DNA from: the human T2T-CHM13v2.0 reference genome, Homo sapiens
Direction: 5' to 3' (one strand)
DNA: 64,000 nucleotides
Assembly: GCF_009914755.1 (NCBI RefSeq)
Contig: NC_060932.1
Shown here piece by piece: positions 1 through 13,630 of the stretch; within the stretch, counting starts at the first letter, position 1, and every line of letters starts with the position of its first letter. Made by a program: the position numbers and the translations under genes. A model generated the notes under the pieces. That model did no database searches and was not told where the DNA came from. It saw only the letters and a program-made list of their open reading frames with translations.

Positions 1-372
1 AAAGCATCATTCACTCGAACAGAGAGGAAAGGAAAGACAACACTCTGTAGTATGGTCTGTAGGTAGCTATGTGGCCAAGGCTCCCGGCATGGGGATTTCT
101 CAGCAGACAGTGAGTGAGAAACCTCCAATCTTAACACTCCCCTTCCACTCACAGCTGAACCACCAACTGTCATTCCCAACAATGGGAATGCTCTACTTTA
201 ACCATGAGCTGTAACATATTACAAATTATGCAGATAACACATTGATTTGTCGTAAGAGCAATTTAGCGCCATTCCTCTAGTAAAACAGTATTTACTCTTC
301 CTTGTAGCAACCCCTAAAGGAAATGATTGCACATAAGAAATTGTAATTATCTGGTTTATACATGAAGTATGA

Positions 373-449
373 ATTTGGTGCAAAAGTAATAGCGGTTTTT
401 GTCATTACTTTTAAATGCCACAACCACAATTACTTTTGCACCAACCTAA
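373..449. mobile_element. MADE1 mariner-derived MITE (miR-548 progenitor family)
   Basis: Palindromic ~80-bp element ttggtgcaaaagtaatagcggtttttgtcatt...caattacttttgcaccaacctaa matches the MADE1 consensus; left end is degraded. Confidence 0.93.
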
Positions 450-3244
450 AAAATAATAGAAGTCTCCCAAGCTAGGGATGGTCAGGTGTCACCTCGTCAT
501 CACATGGGCAATGCTTATTTCACAAGGACAATCAATAGCCAGCATTCCACACAGGGACATGTCAATTACTATCTAGAAGCAGCAGGCTTCCCAGGAGGCC
601 CTCTTGACATGTGTCCACAGTTCCATCGTGATTCTTCCAGTCCCACATGCATTTATTGAATGATAAGTGCAGGCCTTAGTAACCACCTGAGACCAGGGGC
701 AGAATATCCATGATAGATCTGGGTCCTGAACGCTGCCTTTGCCCGTTGCTTCCAGAAAACAGTGGGGAGCTCTGTTTCAGCTCTAGAAGGAGTGCAGCGG
801 GTGATGAATTATCTTTACTCTAGGCTATTCATTTTCCCTGGGACACATTTTTTAAATAGAGATTTGGAAAATGAGACAAACTAAAAATAAGAACATAAAA
901 AGGGAGAAAGTGTTGTTAAGAGAGAACCAACATTTGTGATTTTTGAGTAGAAACTTTGTAGTTCACAGTATTATTTCATGCGCTACATTTGATTATAATA
1001 CTAGACAAGAGATTCCCATTATAAAGCAAACATCCTTTGCAATTACCAAGCTCTACATAATAGGAAATGTATTAATGTCAGAAATACTTTTGCAAAATAC
1101 TATGGTATTAGGTTGACGCTGACCATGAAGATCGTGGTCTCCTCCTTCAACAAGAATTGCATCTTACTTATGTATGCCCAAGGGCAAATGCCTAGTACTA
1201 AAAAACTATAAAATAATTGCTAGATGATTTTTTACATCAGGTAATTATTGTGCAAGCAAGAATACACACTCATGAAAAAGACAGTGGAAACCAACTGAAT
1301 TATAGAACTGTGTTGTGGTCTATTACGAAGGTAGCTGACACACACATTGGTAAACACTGATCATGTCTCTTTCACCAACTTGACATCACTCTTGGGAATT
1401 AACAAAAATTGTGTAATTTTTGCAAAATATCCTAGAAGTATTAGAAAACCAGAAACGTAGGGTTATTATAATTATCATTGCTTAAATTTGCTTTCATATT
1501 TGATAAATAACAGGTTACGTTAGCAGGGACTATGATTCTCCACAACCTGAATTTTCTTTCAAGATACTCTAACCCTGGAGAATAAATTTAATCGACAAAT
1601 GTTTTTTTTCTCCCCCCAAGAAGACATAGGATATTTAGCCATGATTCCAGAAGACTATTGTGAATGATCAAACATGACTTCGTCAAGGTTAGACAATCCT
1701 GGTTTTCAGGGAATGGCTTCTAACCCAACTGTAGATACCATCTATCCACATCCTCTTACTTACAAAGTCTTTATAGAGCTATTGAGCTGTATAATATTTC
1801 ATATTTTTCTTTCCCTTTCTTTGTGTGTCTGGATCCAAGACATAATTTTTTTCAGAAGCTTCGGAGGATTCTAACTTGCTTTTACTTAAGATATTTTTCA
1901 AGAAAGTTAAGTTACCCAATGACATAAGTGCACATATAATTCTTCCTAGATGCTTCCCAAATCAGATTTAGTTGTTTTGGCCAGTTGGGTTGCTGTAATT
2001 ACATCAAACATTAGCATTAGGAGTCTTTTTTGTAGCATTTATATGATCAGGAATGAGCTGTGTAGCTGGTATATTGTTATATAAGTCTTCCTCTGCCCTT
2101 TACCCAAAAAACAATAAAATCTCACCAGAAAGTAAAATTTGTTTTTATACGGTCATTTTATACCTTTTTTCTGAACTTATTTTAGGCCATGCAATTGCCT
2201 TTACCTATCCTTCTGGCAGATCCTGTTTGCAAAGTTGGTGAGTTGTCAGTGTCAAGATATAAAGAATGAGTATCACTTTTCCAAAACGCAGGTTATCCGT
2301 ACCAGCAGGTGTTTGTAGAGATAAGTGTTCTTTTGTACAAAGATGCAACTTGTGCTTAAGAAGTTGGTAGGGCCCCATATTGCAGCCATAGATCCCAGAA
2401 CTATAGATAAAATTTGAATACTGAAAGTACATAGCAGAGAGTGGAACTTTATACAGTACATTTCTTTCTATTAATAGGTACACTGATAATGAAATGCATC
2501 ATATACATGACTTTAGACACACTACAATCGTAGCTATTCATTCTTTTTACTGATGAATCCTGGAAAGTCTAATGCAGAAGTTAGAAAGATTAAGTTTTCA
2601 GCCTGTGTCTTTAAATGGAATGACGTCTTAGTTCTATGAAATCAGACTTAACAGGGGAAGATAAGGCAACCTACAGGGCGTGCCTGCTTCCTGAGGGTGT
2701 GCTGACTGGCCCAGGGCACTCTGGATTGTATTCAGTCTCTATAGAATCCATGGCTCTCACTCAGAGCCCTGGGTGTGGGATCATGTCAGTGCTTTGGAAA
2801 ACATGCATCAAAGCCTAGAGCCTTTCCCACCACATTCAGCAGCATATGCTTCAGATGGGTTTGCATTTTGTGTTCTGGTTCTGACTTTCATCCTTTTAAG
2901 GACTATTTCTAAATACTTCTCAATGTCCTTGTTTTTGACCTGTATTCCTTGGTTCATGGCTGCTGTTTCCAACTTTCTGTTCCATCTTCAGTGATAAGAC
3001 AATATCTAGACAGGAGTAGCCCCACAAGTCCAATTAATCCCTACCTCTCTAGAGAGCTATCCATGAACAGCAACAACAAAAGTTATTTTATAGGAATAAA
3101 GAAGGTGGGATCCAGGAAGTCACAGAAAGACATTCCAAGACTCTCAATCATGCCAGAAGGTAAGTGGAATATGCAAAACACATGTGGACTTTTACCATAT
3201 CTACCACAGATATGAAAATACTCCATAAAATGAGAATCATGTAA

Positions 3245-3505
3245 GACTTAGAGGTCAGCTGTGTAGCATGGCGCCTAGAGTTAACAATACTTTGCTGTGT
3301 ACTTACATTTGCTGAAAGGGTAGATCTTATGTTAATTATTTGTATCACAAAATAACAATAAACATAAAGCAAAAGGAAATTTTAGTGTTGATGTATAGGT
3401 TTATGGCATAGATTGCAGCAATGGTTTCATGGTGTACACCCCACAAACTCTCCAATGTATATATTAATTATGTACAGCTTTTTGTAGGTCAAAAAAATGT
3501 TTAAG
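3245..3505 (+). mobile_element. Old L1 (L1MA/MB class) 3' end fragment
   Basis: gttaacaatact...tttgctgaaagggtagatctt...tatgtacagctttttgtaggtcaa resembles the L1MB 3' UTR terminus. Confidence 0.75.
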
Positions 3506-3546
3506 TAAGATGAGAATGCTGCTGAATTTTCACATAAGAGCTCACT

Positions 3547-3587
3547 TTCTCTCTCTCTCTCTCTCTCTCTCATACACACACACACAC
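3547..3587. repeat. (CT)n(CA)n compound microsatellite
   Basis: Directly visible. Confidence 0.95.
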
Positions 3588-3890
3588 CATGAAAACTTCT
3601 GTCTTTTAAGAAGTGTCCTAAGAAAAGGTATAGTACTAAAAATGTCTTAAGCTTTCCATGTTTGAGACGGGATTAGCTTGAGTTCAAGGAGTCATCTAAA
3701 ATACCCCAGGGAACATACTGTATTTTTGTTAGGTCTTTGTGAGATTTATTAACAAAAGGTGACGTTTGTAAAATCATTTTCTTTGTGATGATATATGTGA
3801 GACGGTGTTTTTTTAAAAAATGATGATCTGAAAAGTTGATCAGAGGATAAAGAACTCTCTCTCATGAGTAACAAATCAGAAGCCACCAAA

Positions 3891-4549
3891 CAGTGATTCT
3901 CAAAGTATGTTCCAGGGACCCTTTGGGGGATCCCTGAGGTACTCTCAGAAGCCATGAGGTCAAAACTCTTATCAGGACAATATTGAGAAGTCACTTGTCC
4001 CTTTCTTATTCTGTTCGGAGTGGACAATGTGGTTTTCCAAAAGGTACATAGTGCACAACATTACAACAGATTGTATGCAAAAAAAATTACAAGAATCCAG
4101 CTGTCTGCTGTTAAAGCAGGCATTAATATGTTTGCTCAAATGTAAATCAATACCACTTCTCTGGCTAAATTGTTTTCTTCTGAAAAAAATTACTTTCCTT
4201 AAAAATATGTTATTTCTTATAAATATGCAACTCATAAAATTTAATGATTTATAACTATTATTTAATTATGAATAAATTTCTAAAAATGCCTCTGTCTTCA
4301 TTATTGACAGGGTAAATATAAGTAGATAAAACTTACATAAGCAAAAGCTCCTTGGGGGCAGTGTTGCCAGATTTAACAAAGACAAAAGACAACCACAAAA
4401 TTGCAACAGGATGTTAAATTCCATATTAACAGCAAATTAGTTTTTAGTGTAAGTATAATTCATAGAATATGTGGCAATCCTACTATGGGGTTCTTACAAA
4501 TTTTTCAGACTATAAAGCGGTCCTGACAGCAAAAGTTTCAGAACTGCTG
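3891..4549. mobile_element. hAT-Charlie DNA transposon derivative (Charlie4a-like), interrupted by MER53
   Basis: Termini cagtgattctcaaag...tttcagaactgctg; internal gaatccagctgtct and caaaagctccttgggg motifs match the recalled Charlie4a consensus. Confidence 0.8.
4359..4482. mobile_element. MER53-like hAT MITE nested in Charlie4a
   Basis: Termini cagtgttgccagattt...tggcaatccta; degenerate 8-bp TSD cttggggg (4351-4358) / ctatgggg (4483-4490). Confidence 0.75.
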
Positions 4550-4641
4550 CCGTAGAAAATCTTTAGGTACAAATTTTTCATTTAAATCAAAATTCGTGCA
4601 TAGGTTACCGTCAGGTTGCTGCCCATGCCGCTGCCATTGTT

Positions 4642-4979
<338 letters not shown>

Positions 4980-5081
4980 TGCCATTGTTATTTGTGACTG
5001 CATACCATGCTCCATTTTGTGTCTTCATCATCCGGATTTAAATAAGCAAATATTGTTCACAGTTTATCGTACAGGTAGTGC

Positions 5082-5084
<3 letters not shown>

Positions 5085-5113
<29 letters not shown>

Positions 5114-5592
5114 CAGTGCTGGGATACACTTGCTGAACGTGCAGGTTTGTTACATAGGAATACATTTGCCATGGTGGTTTGCTGCATCTACCAACCCATC
5201 ATCTAGGTTTTAATCCCCACATGCATTAGGTATTTGTCCTAACACTATCCCTCCCCTTTCCCCCGACCCCCTGACAGGCCCCAGTGTGTGATGTTCCCCT
5301 CCCCGTGCCCATATGTTCTCATTGTTCAGCTCCCACTTATGAGTGAGGAACATGCGGTACTTGATTTTCTGTTCCTGTATTAGTTTTCTGAGGATGATGG
5401 TTTCTAGCTTCATCCATGTCCCTGCAAAGGGCATGAACTCATTCTTTTTTAGGGCTGCATAGTGTTCCATGGTGTATATGTGCCACATTTTCTTTATCTA
5501 GTATATCACTGATGGGCATTTGGGTTGCTTCCAAGTCTTTGCTATTGACCCAGCAATCCCATAGCCAAAGGATTATAAATCATTCTACTATA
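5085..5592 (-). mobile_element. 5'-truncated L1PA (PA7/8-like) with 5' inversion
   Basis: Poly-T, then L1PA 3' UTR and ORF2 C-terminus (minus ORF MWHIYTMEHYAALKKNEF); inverted L1 segment at 5545-5592; degenerate TSD aggtagtgcttt / aggcagcgcttt. Confidence 0.92.
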
Positions 5593-6144
5593 GGCAGCGC
5601 TTTCTTTTCCTTATTTCCTTTTCACAAAGAAGTAAAGTCAGCCTCATTCATCCCATTATACCGGAACTACAGCTGAGCTTCGTTAAGTAATGCATGCACA
5701 CAAAAAGACAGACCTAGTATCTGAGCCATACCCTCCGGCACCAAGATGTGAGGCAAATCACATGAACTGCCACCCCATCCTCTCTGCCGCTCTCTGTTGG
5801 ATTACGTTGATTGTATGATACTCTATCATTTTTTGTTACTATAAAACTGATTAACCTGGCTGAATCATCGCGAGTAGAATACAGATATGTAACTTAACTG
5901 TGTGAGTAGGACATTTTTTGTGGGATCTGTCACCAAATGTATATATCGCCATGTAATCAGTGATGTACAGTTGTTTTGCCATTTTTAGCCACACTGATAG
6001 ATGATCTCCTTACAGGCCATATGACAATCCATTAATTAAAACAACAAAAATAACTAAACCCGATGTGCCGTGGAATGTATTCAGGTCATTTAATCATAAG
6101 CTTCAAGAACAGAGTCTATAATTTGTATCTTGGGTATTGGAAAA

Positions 6145-6365
6145 AGTCTTGAAGTCAGATGATTTGGGTTTTAATCTCAACTCTATTGATTGCTTTCGGT
6201 GAGTAATTTGGTTACTGACAATATCTATGTGGCTTTGTTTTTGTCATCCCTATAATAAGTATAAGGTCACCTGCCCTACACACCCCCAGAAGGTTGGAAG
6301 GAAGGTGTAACTACATGTTAAAGTGTTTTGCCAGATGTAAAGTCCTGTATAAGTGTAAGATGCGA
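6145..6365 (+). mobile_element. MIR SINE
   Basis: gaagtcagatgatttgggttttaatctcaactct...ttgtaaagtcctgtataagtgtaag-like MIR3 ends, heavily diverged. Confidence 0.55.
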
Positions 6366-6454
6366 GCTTTCTGCGCTCGTCAGGCCCTCATGGTGCACCA
6401 TGGCCCCACGCTAGCTCTGTGTGCTTATCTAGTTTGTCAGAATCAGCACTTCTT

Positions 6455-7972
6455 TTAAACATTTTTGTAATAACAGCTTTGAGATACAATTCCCATACCA
6501 TGAAATTCACTCTCTAAAAGTATACAATCTGGTGCTTTTTAGTATATGTGCAGAGTTTTACAGCCACCATCATAATCCCTTTTCAGAAACTTTTATCACT
6601 TTGAAAAGAAATCCTGCACCGCATTCAGTCACTCCGGAAGAGAAATCCTGCACCCCCATTCACAGTCACTCCGGAAAAGAAATCCTGCAAGCCCATTCAC
6701 ACTCACTCCAGAAAAGAAATCCTGCACCTCCATTCAGTCACTCCGAAAGAGAAATCCTGCACCCCCATTCAGTCACTCCGGAAGAGAAATCCTGCACCCC
6801 CATTCAGTCACTCCGGAAAATAAATCCCGCACCCTCATTCACAGTCACTCTGGAAGAGAAATCCTGCACCGCCATTCACAGTCACTCCGGAAGAGAAATC
6901 CTGCAAGCCCATTCACAGTCACTCCAGAAAAGAAATCCTGCACCTCCATTCAGTCACTCCGGAAGAGAAATCCTGCACCCCCATTCACAGTCACTCCGGA
7001 AGAGAAATCCTGCACCCCCATTCACAGTCACTCCAGAAAAGAAATCCTGCAAGCCCATTCACAGTCACTCCAGAAAAGAAATCCTGCACCTCCATTCAGT
7101 CACTCTGAAAGAGAAATCCTGCACCCGCATTCAGTCACTCCAGAAGAGAAATCCTGCACCCCCATTCAGTCACTCCGGAAAATAAATCCTGCACCTTCAT
7201 TCACAGTCACTCTGGAAGAGAAATCCTGCACCCCCATTCACAGTCACTCCGGAAGAGAAATCCCGCACCCCCATTCAGTCACTCCGGAAGAGAAATCCTG
7301 CACCGCCATTCAGAGTCACTCTGGAAGAGAAATCCTGCACCCCCATTCAGTCACTCTGGAAGAGAAATCCTGCACCGCCATTCAGAGTCACTCTGGAAGA
7401 GAAATCCTGCACCCCCATTCAGTCACTCCGGAAGAGAAATCCTGCACCCCCATTCAATCACTTTGAAAAGAAATCCTGCACCCCCATTCAGTCACTCCAG
7501 AAAAGAAATCCTGCACCCCCATTCAGTCACTCCGGAAGAGAAATCGTGCACCCCCAATCAGTCACTCCGGAAGAGAAATCCTGCACCCGCATTCAGTCAC
7601 TCCGGAAAAGAAATGTTGCACCCCCATTCAGTCACTCCGGAAGAGAAATCCTGCACCCCCATTCAGAGTCACTCCGGAAGAGAAATCTTGCACCTGCATT
7701 CACAGTCACTCCGGAAGAGAAATCCTGCACCGTCATTCACAGTCACTCTGGAAAAGAAATCCTGCACCCCTGCTCACAGTCACTCCAGAGTTTCTCCTCC
7801 CTAGATCCCAGGCAACCACTCACCTACTTTCTGCGTCAAAAGATTTTTTGGTTCTAGATACATCATATAAATGGCCATCCAACATATGGCATTTTGTGAC
7901 TGGGCTTCTTTCACCCAGCTAATGTTTTCAGGGTGTACCCACGTGGTAGCATTTGTCATCGTAGTACTACAT
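6455..7972 (-). mobile_element. Old L1 (L1MB class) 3' UTR hosting the minisatellite
   Basis: Left flank aacagctttgagatacaattc...atcact and right flank ccccaggcaaccact-like...cttctttcac...gtagcat are contiguous parts of the L1MB 3' consensus. Confidence 0.88.
6596..7788. repeat. Minisatellite/VNTR, ~33 units of mostly 35 or 37 bp: TCACTCCGGAAGAGAAATCCTGCACCCCCATTCA(CA)G
   Basis: Units counted directly from the sequence. Confidence 0.98.
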
Positions 7973-8590
7973 TTTAAACATGTAAAGAGCTCAGTGGTGC
8001 TCCAAGAAGCAAGACTTTGGTAGAGACGGCCGCTTGCTCCCAAATATCATGCTGAGGAAGCCAAGTTGTCATGACACAAAGCCAAGGATTATCAGTAGTT
8101 TAGAGTTAATTCATTTGGAAAGGCTTCTGTATTTGATCCCAGAGCTGTGAGATCCATATGACCAGGATGGACGGACAAAAAAGGGGACTTTTGCTGTTAA
8201 TCTACGTGAGCCCTGATGGGCAGAGGCCTAGATCCTCCTATTATGCTCTTGGAGTTTATCAACCCACTCTTGAAGAACACAGTACAGACCTTTTGGGAAC
8301 ACAATATTCTTGGGAATTTTTTTTTCAGTTTACCTAAATTATTAACCAATCCGAGAAGAGGATGTTAAACAAGAAAATAACCCACTAATGATGAAGATCT
8401 GGCAGACCCCAAAACGATGTCATTGCAAACTGAAGATTTTTAAAAACATCATCAAAAAGTTTACAAATGACTCACAGAGAGAAAAACCTAAAAATACAAT
8501 GGAATTAGCAATAGTATTACAGTGGGAGTATTTTAATAAAAGTACACTGTAATTTTTCTGTGCTTCTATATTTTATATTTATATAAAGTT

Positions 8591-8772
8591 TTATGCCTAT
8601 AAAGTGACAAATCTGCCCTTTTGGAGTGTATGTATGTGTATAAATAAATATATGTAATTCAATAGCTAGAATATAATATACATACACATATATTAATATA
8701 TAATATACATATTTATATATATAAATATAAAATACACTACAAGAGGGCAGATTTGTCAGTCTATAGGTATAA
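8591..8772. repeat. Inverted repeat, 41-bp arms (36/41 identical) around a 100-bp TA-rich spacer
   Basis: 8591-8631 ttatgcctataaagtgacaaatctgcccttttggagtgtat vs reverse complement of 8732-8772 ttatacctatagactgacaaatctgccctcttgtagtgtat. Confidence 0.92.
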
Positions 8773-9239
8773 CATTTGTGGATAAACAGAACAGTCTTCC
8801 AATTTATAGATATTGTAATTCAGGCATATGTAAGGACACAATTATCTCAACAGATTATGTACACATGTACACAATCTTAAGCTATCTTAATGGCATTTGT
8901 CAGAACTTTTGAGCTGATATCATCAGAAAAGAGAAAGCATTCGCTAGGGAGCACAATTTAATAGAGCACACCTGCTATCTCAGAAAGAAATACCTTCTGC
9001 GTGGGCCTGGCCCCAAGGATGCTGAAGGACGCCCAAGGATGCTCAAGGAGGCCAGCCCGACTCATATGGCTTTCCTTTTCTTCCCTACTCTCTGGCTTAC
9101 TTTGAAGCAATTTTTGCTATAAACCTCTGCCTTTGCATGGATGGTTTATCAATTGAAACTTGTTTTCACTCATTGACCTTTACTCTCTTGCCAGAGTATT
9201 TACAACTCATTAATATTTTTGTTATTGTTTTAAATGTTG

Positions 9240-9825
<586 letters not shown>

Positions 9826-11199
9826 AATTTATTTCTTTATGTGTTTTCTCTCTTATAGGACTAGGGTAGAAGATACAATATTAAAAACATAATCTCCCAT
9901 ATATAACAACTTTGAAAATTATATAATGCAGTATAATCTATATAAGGTATATAAAGAACTGCTTGAAATATCAATAACATAGTCAATAACTACATTTTAA
10001 CAATTTTTAAATAATTTAAATGAATTTAATTTTAACCAAAATCACAGGGGGAAGTCAATTATTTGTTATCTGAAAAATAATATGTAGTTATAGAGAAAGT
10101 ATCTTATTTTAGTTTATTTATTGCTATTTTTAGAATAACAAGTTACTTTTGTAGCGTCTTCCAAGGATGAACAATAGAATTCATTTGCTTATCTGCTTGT
10201 AGATTTGCTTTGCAATCATTATAAACTTAAAGATTTTGATGAAGTATATGTGTTTCAATCCATTGCCATTATCATTCTTTCGATGTTCAAATTTTTTATC
10301 TTGTAACAGTAAGAGCTCTCCAACTTACTCGTAGGTTAACCCTAAGTCATCCAAGATAGCATCTCTGTTCTGTGAAATTATAATATAGTTCCAAATCATT
10401 CTGTTCATGATTTGCCAAAGACCTTGATTCAGCCATTTTCTGAGGAGCCCTGATCTCTTTATTTACAATAAGGTATTTGGAGACAATAATCTAAATGATC
10501 GCAGTAGTACTCATTGTTAATAGGTTAGTTCATGCTTCTAGGACTTTTCAGTGGAGCTATAAAAATATTTTCCCTTTCTTTAAAGGAAATACATCGTGAG
10601 TTCACACTCCTGCTTCCAATTCAAACTTAGGGTTACTGAGCTTTTACTTCTTTACTTTTATAATTAACTCTTTGTTGTTGATGTTTATAATAAGAATTGA
10701 GAAACTTAGATCTTAACAATGTTGATGTAATTATTTGTTTTATCTTAAAATAAATAAAAGTTTCAGAATATCAATGCCACCATTATTAACATTATTTTTG
10801 AAAACAGCTGAAAATTTCCTCAGTGTTTTCATAGGGCGTGCCCCACTAAGTCAGTAAATCTGATTACCATGTTCAAGATTCACTTGACAAGGTTCCTTTC
10901 TGTATATATAAACCGCAACTCAGTAAGTAAGGAGATTTGTTTTATCTGACTGCAAATTTTTAACGATGCTTTTGCATTTCATTTTAACCTATTCATAATT
11001 ATGTGAAACCATATACACATATTTTAAATAAAATCTACAAACATGTTCTATTAAAAAAAATCTAGTTTTCTCCCTGTTTTCAGCACACACAACTTCCCAT
11101 TTCCTGTGTGTAATATTTATTTGCTTGTATTTTTTAAATTTATCCTTACAATTTTAAATTTAATCATATATATACATATAGGTATGGATACTCTCAGCC

Positions 11200-11790
11200 A
11201 TTTGTATACGTGAAGTTTCAGCCTAGGTGCATCCTTCTTGTACTTTCTCTACCTTGTCTTTTTCTCTTAACAAATCTCACATGTCATGATATTGTATACA
11301 GAGATATTGCATTCTCCTTCTTACAGCAGCATCGGACACTGTTGTGGATATCCTGCCGTTTAGTGGCTGCACAAGTGGATACTGAGAATAGGTACAGGTT
11401 ATTTATTTATTCCTTTATTTGTACTTTGTTATTTATTTATACTTTTATTTGTACTAATGCCAGAATAAAAAGTTTTGAGTATATGCCACTTTTACTTTCA
11501 ACAGCATATATTTTTGAATAGATTCCTGGAACTTATCTGCTGTGTCAGATCATAGCACCTGTATCATTTTATTAACATGCGGCCAAATTTCCTTTCACAA
11601 GGGGTGTCACCTTTTGCATTTTGCACAATAGTGCATCAGAGTGCCAGTTTCTCCAGACTCTCAGGGAGAAATTGTAAAACTGTGTAAAAATGTAAAATGT
11701 TACTTATTGGAAAAATGAGAAATGGCATATCATGATTATCATTTTCATTTCTCTTAACATATCATACAAATTTGAGCACGGTCTTATATT
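11200..11790 (-). mobile_element. Ancient L1 (L1ME/MC class) fragment; boundaries approximate
   Basis: gccaaatttcctttcacaaggggtgtcaccttttgcattt...gagtgccagtttctcc motif of old L1 ORF2 end/3' region. Confidence 0.6.
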
Positions 11791-13111
11791 AAACATCAAT
11801 AGTGGGTTATTTAAACCTGCTTAGACAATCAAAGACAGAAAATTCTATCAAAATAGGGAAATGTGAACTATTTTCAAATATGCATTTATATGTAAAACTG
11901 TATTACAATTTGGGTCCTCTTGTACTTTTCTGTCATGAGACTACTATTTATATATCAGCATTAAAGGGAAATATAATTTAAAATATTTGATTTAGAGGAA
12001 ACTGACAAAATACAGTAGGTATTTTTAGAAATAAATTATCCATCTGGTAAAATGCTTATCTTTTTATAAATGCTGTTAAAGATGCGACTTAATAAATGCT
12101 AAAATGAGAGATTATTATATAAAGAAAGTTGTGCTAATTCTGTAGGGCAATGTAATATTGCATATAGCTTTTCTGTTTTGTGATTATTCCTATTATTGTT
12201 ATTGTTATTAAAAGTCATATTACTAATTGCTATAAGGCTAATAGTCATATATTCCAGAATTTGGAACTGTATGTTATTACAGACTAGTTTTAATTGACTC
12301 TGATTAAAAAGATTAGTTTTCAAGTTGAAAACTTGCTGAACATTTCGTGGCCTGGGCTTTTCTCGGACCTACTGTTATCTGACACTATTCTATAAACATT
12401 TCAAATTAAGCATTGATTTGCATTACTTTCATTCTTCCTCGAAGACTCCATCAGGGTGTGCTCAGACAAAAGCATGGCTTCCCCCAGCGAAGCCACGGGA
12501 ATACGCAGTGGAAGACCTACCTGGCCTCGAATCACCAGGCATGCAGCCGTTGCTGACTCTCAGGGCCGTGTTTATCCAACAGAGCTGCGTAAGATCCAGC
12601 AGAAGCAGCACTTTTTGCATTGCTTTGATCACATAGGATTTAGAATGCTTATTTTCTCATTAGTTATTCTCTCTTTGTGAGAAAAGCATTAACTTCATTA
12701 ACTGGCTCTGACAAACCAATTTGCTTTTAACAGCTGTACTCAAAACCAGACACCATGCTCTGCGTCATGGTTTTCATCTGAATCACATAACTGAGTATAA
12801 ATATAGCTGTCAATTGCTTCATCTCTCCAATAATTCTGGAGACATTTTCTTGCTAGGTATCAATAAAACCTCAAATAAAATAGACCAGAGCCTGTGATGT
12901 CATTTGGCACAGGTATACCATGACTCCGGTGTAACATGCAACTGGAGGTGGCTACATTTTTTTTTTTTTTTTGCCTGCTATTTACTGCCTTGATGTATGT
13001 GGCACCCTTATATTTTTCTAATCCCTCTTCTGCATTTATTTTGTTATCCTACCACTACGACATTGCAAATATTATAACTTCTCCAGAGTTCATATTTTCT
13101 CTTCAGGTCTA

Positions 13112-13630
<519 letters not shown>

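Noticed and set aside
6596-7788. CRISPR-like ~36-bp periodicity
   Set aside because: Units are head-to-tail with no unique spacers, there are no cas genes, and the context is eukaryotic
6532-7857. 217-, 113- and 103-aa repetitive ORFs
   Set aside because: The standard VNTR unit has no stop triplet in any + frame, so long ORFs are automatic; all three starts are GTG or TTG
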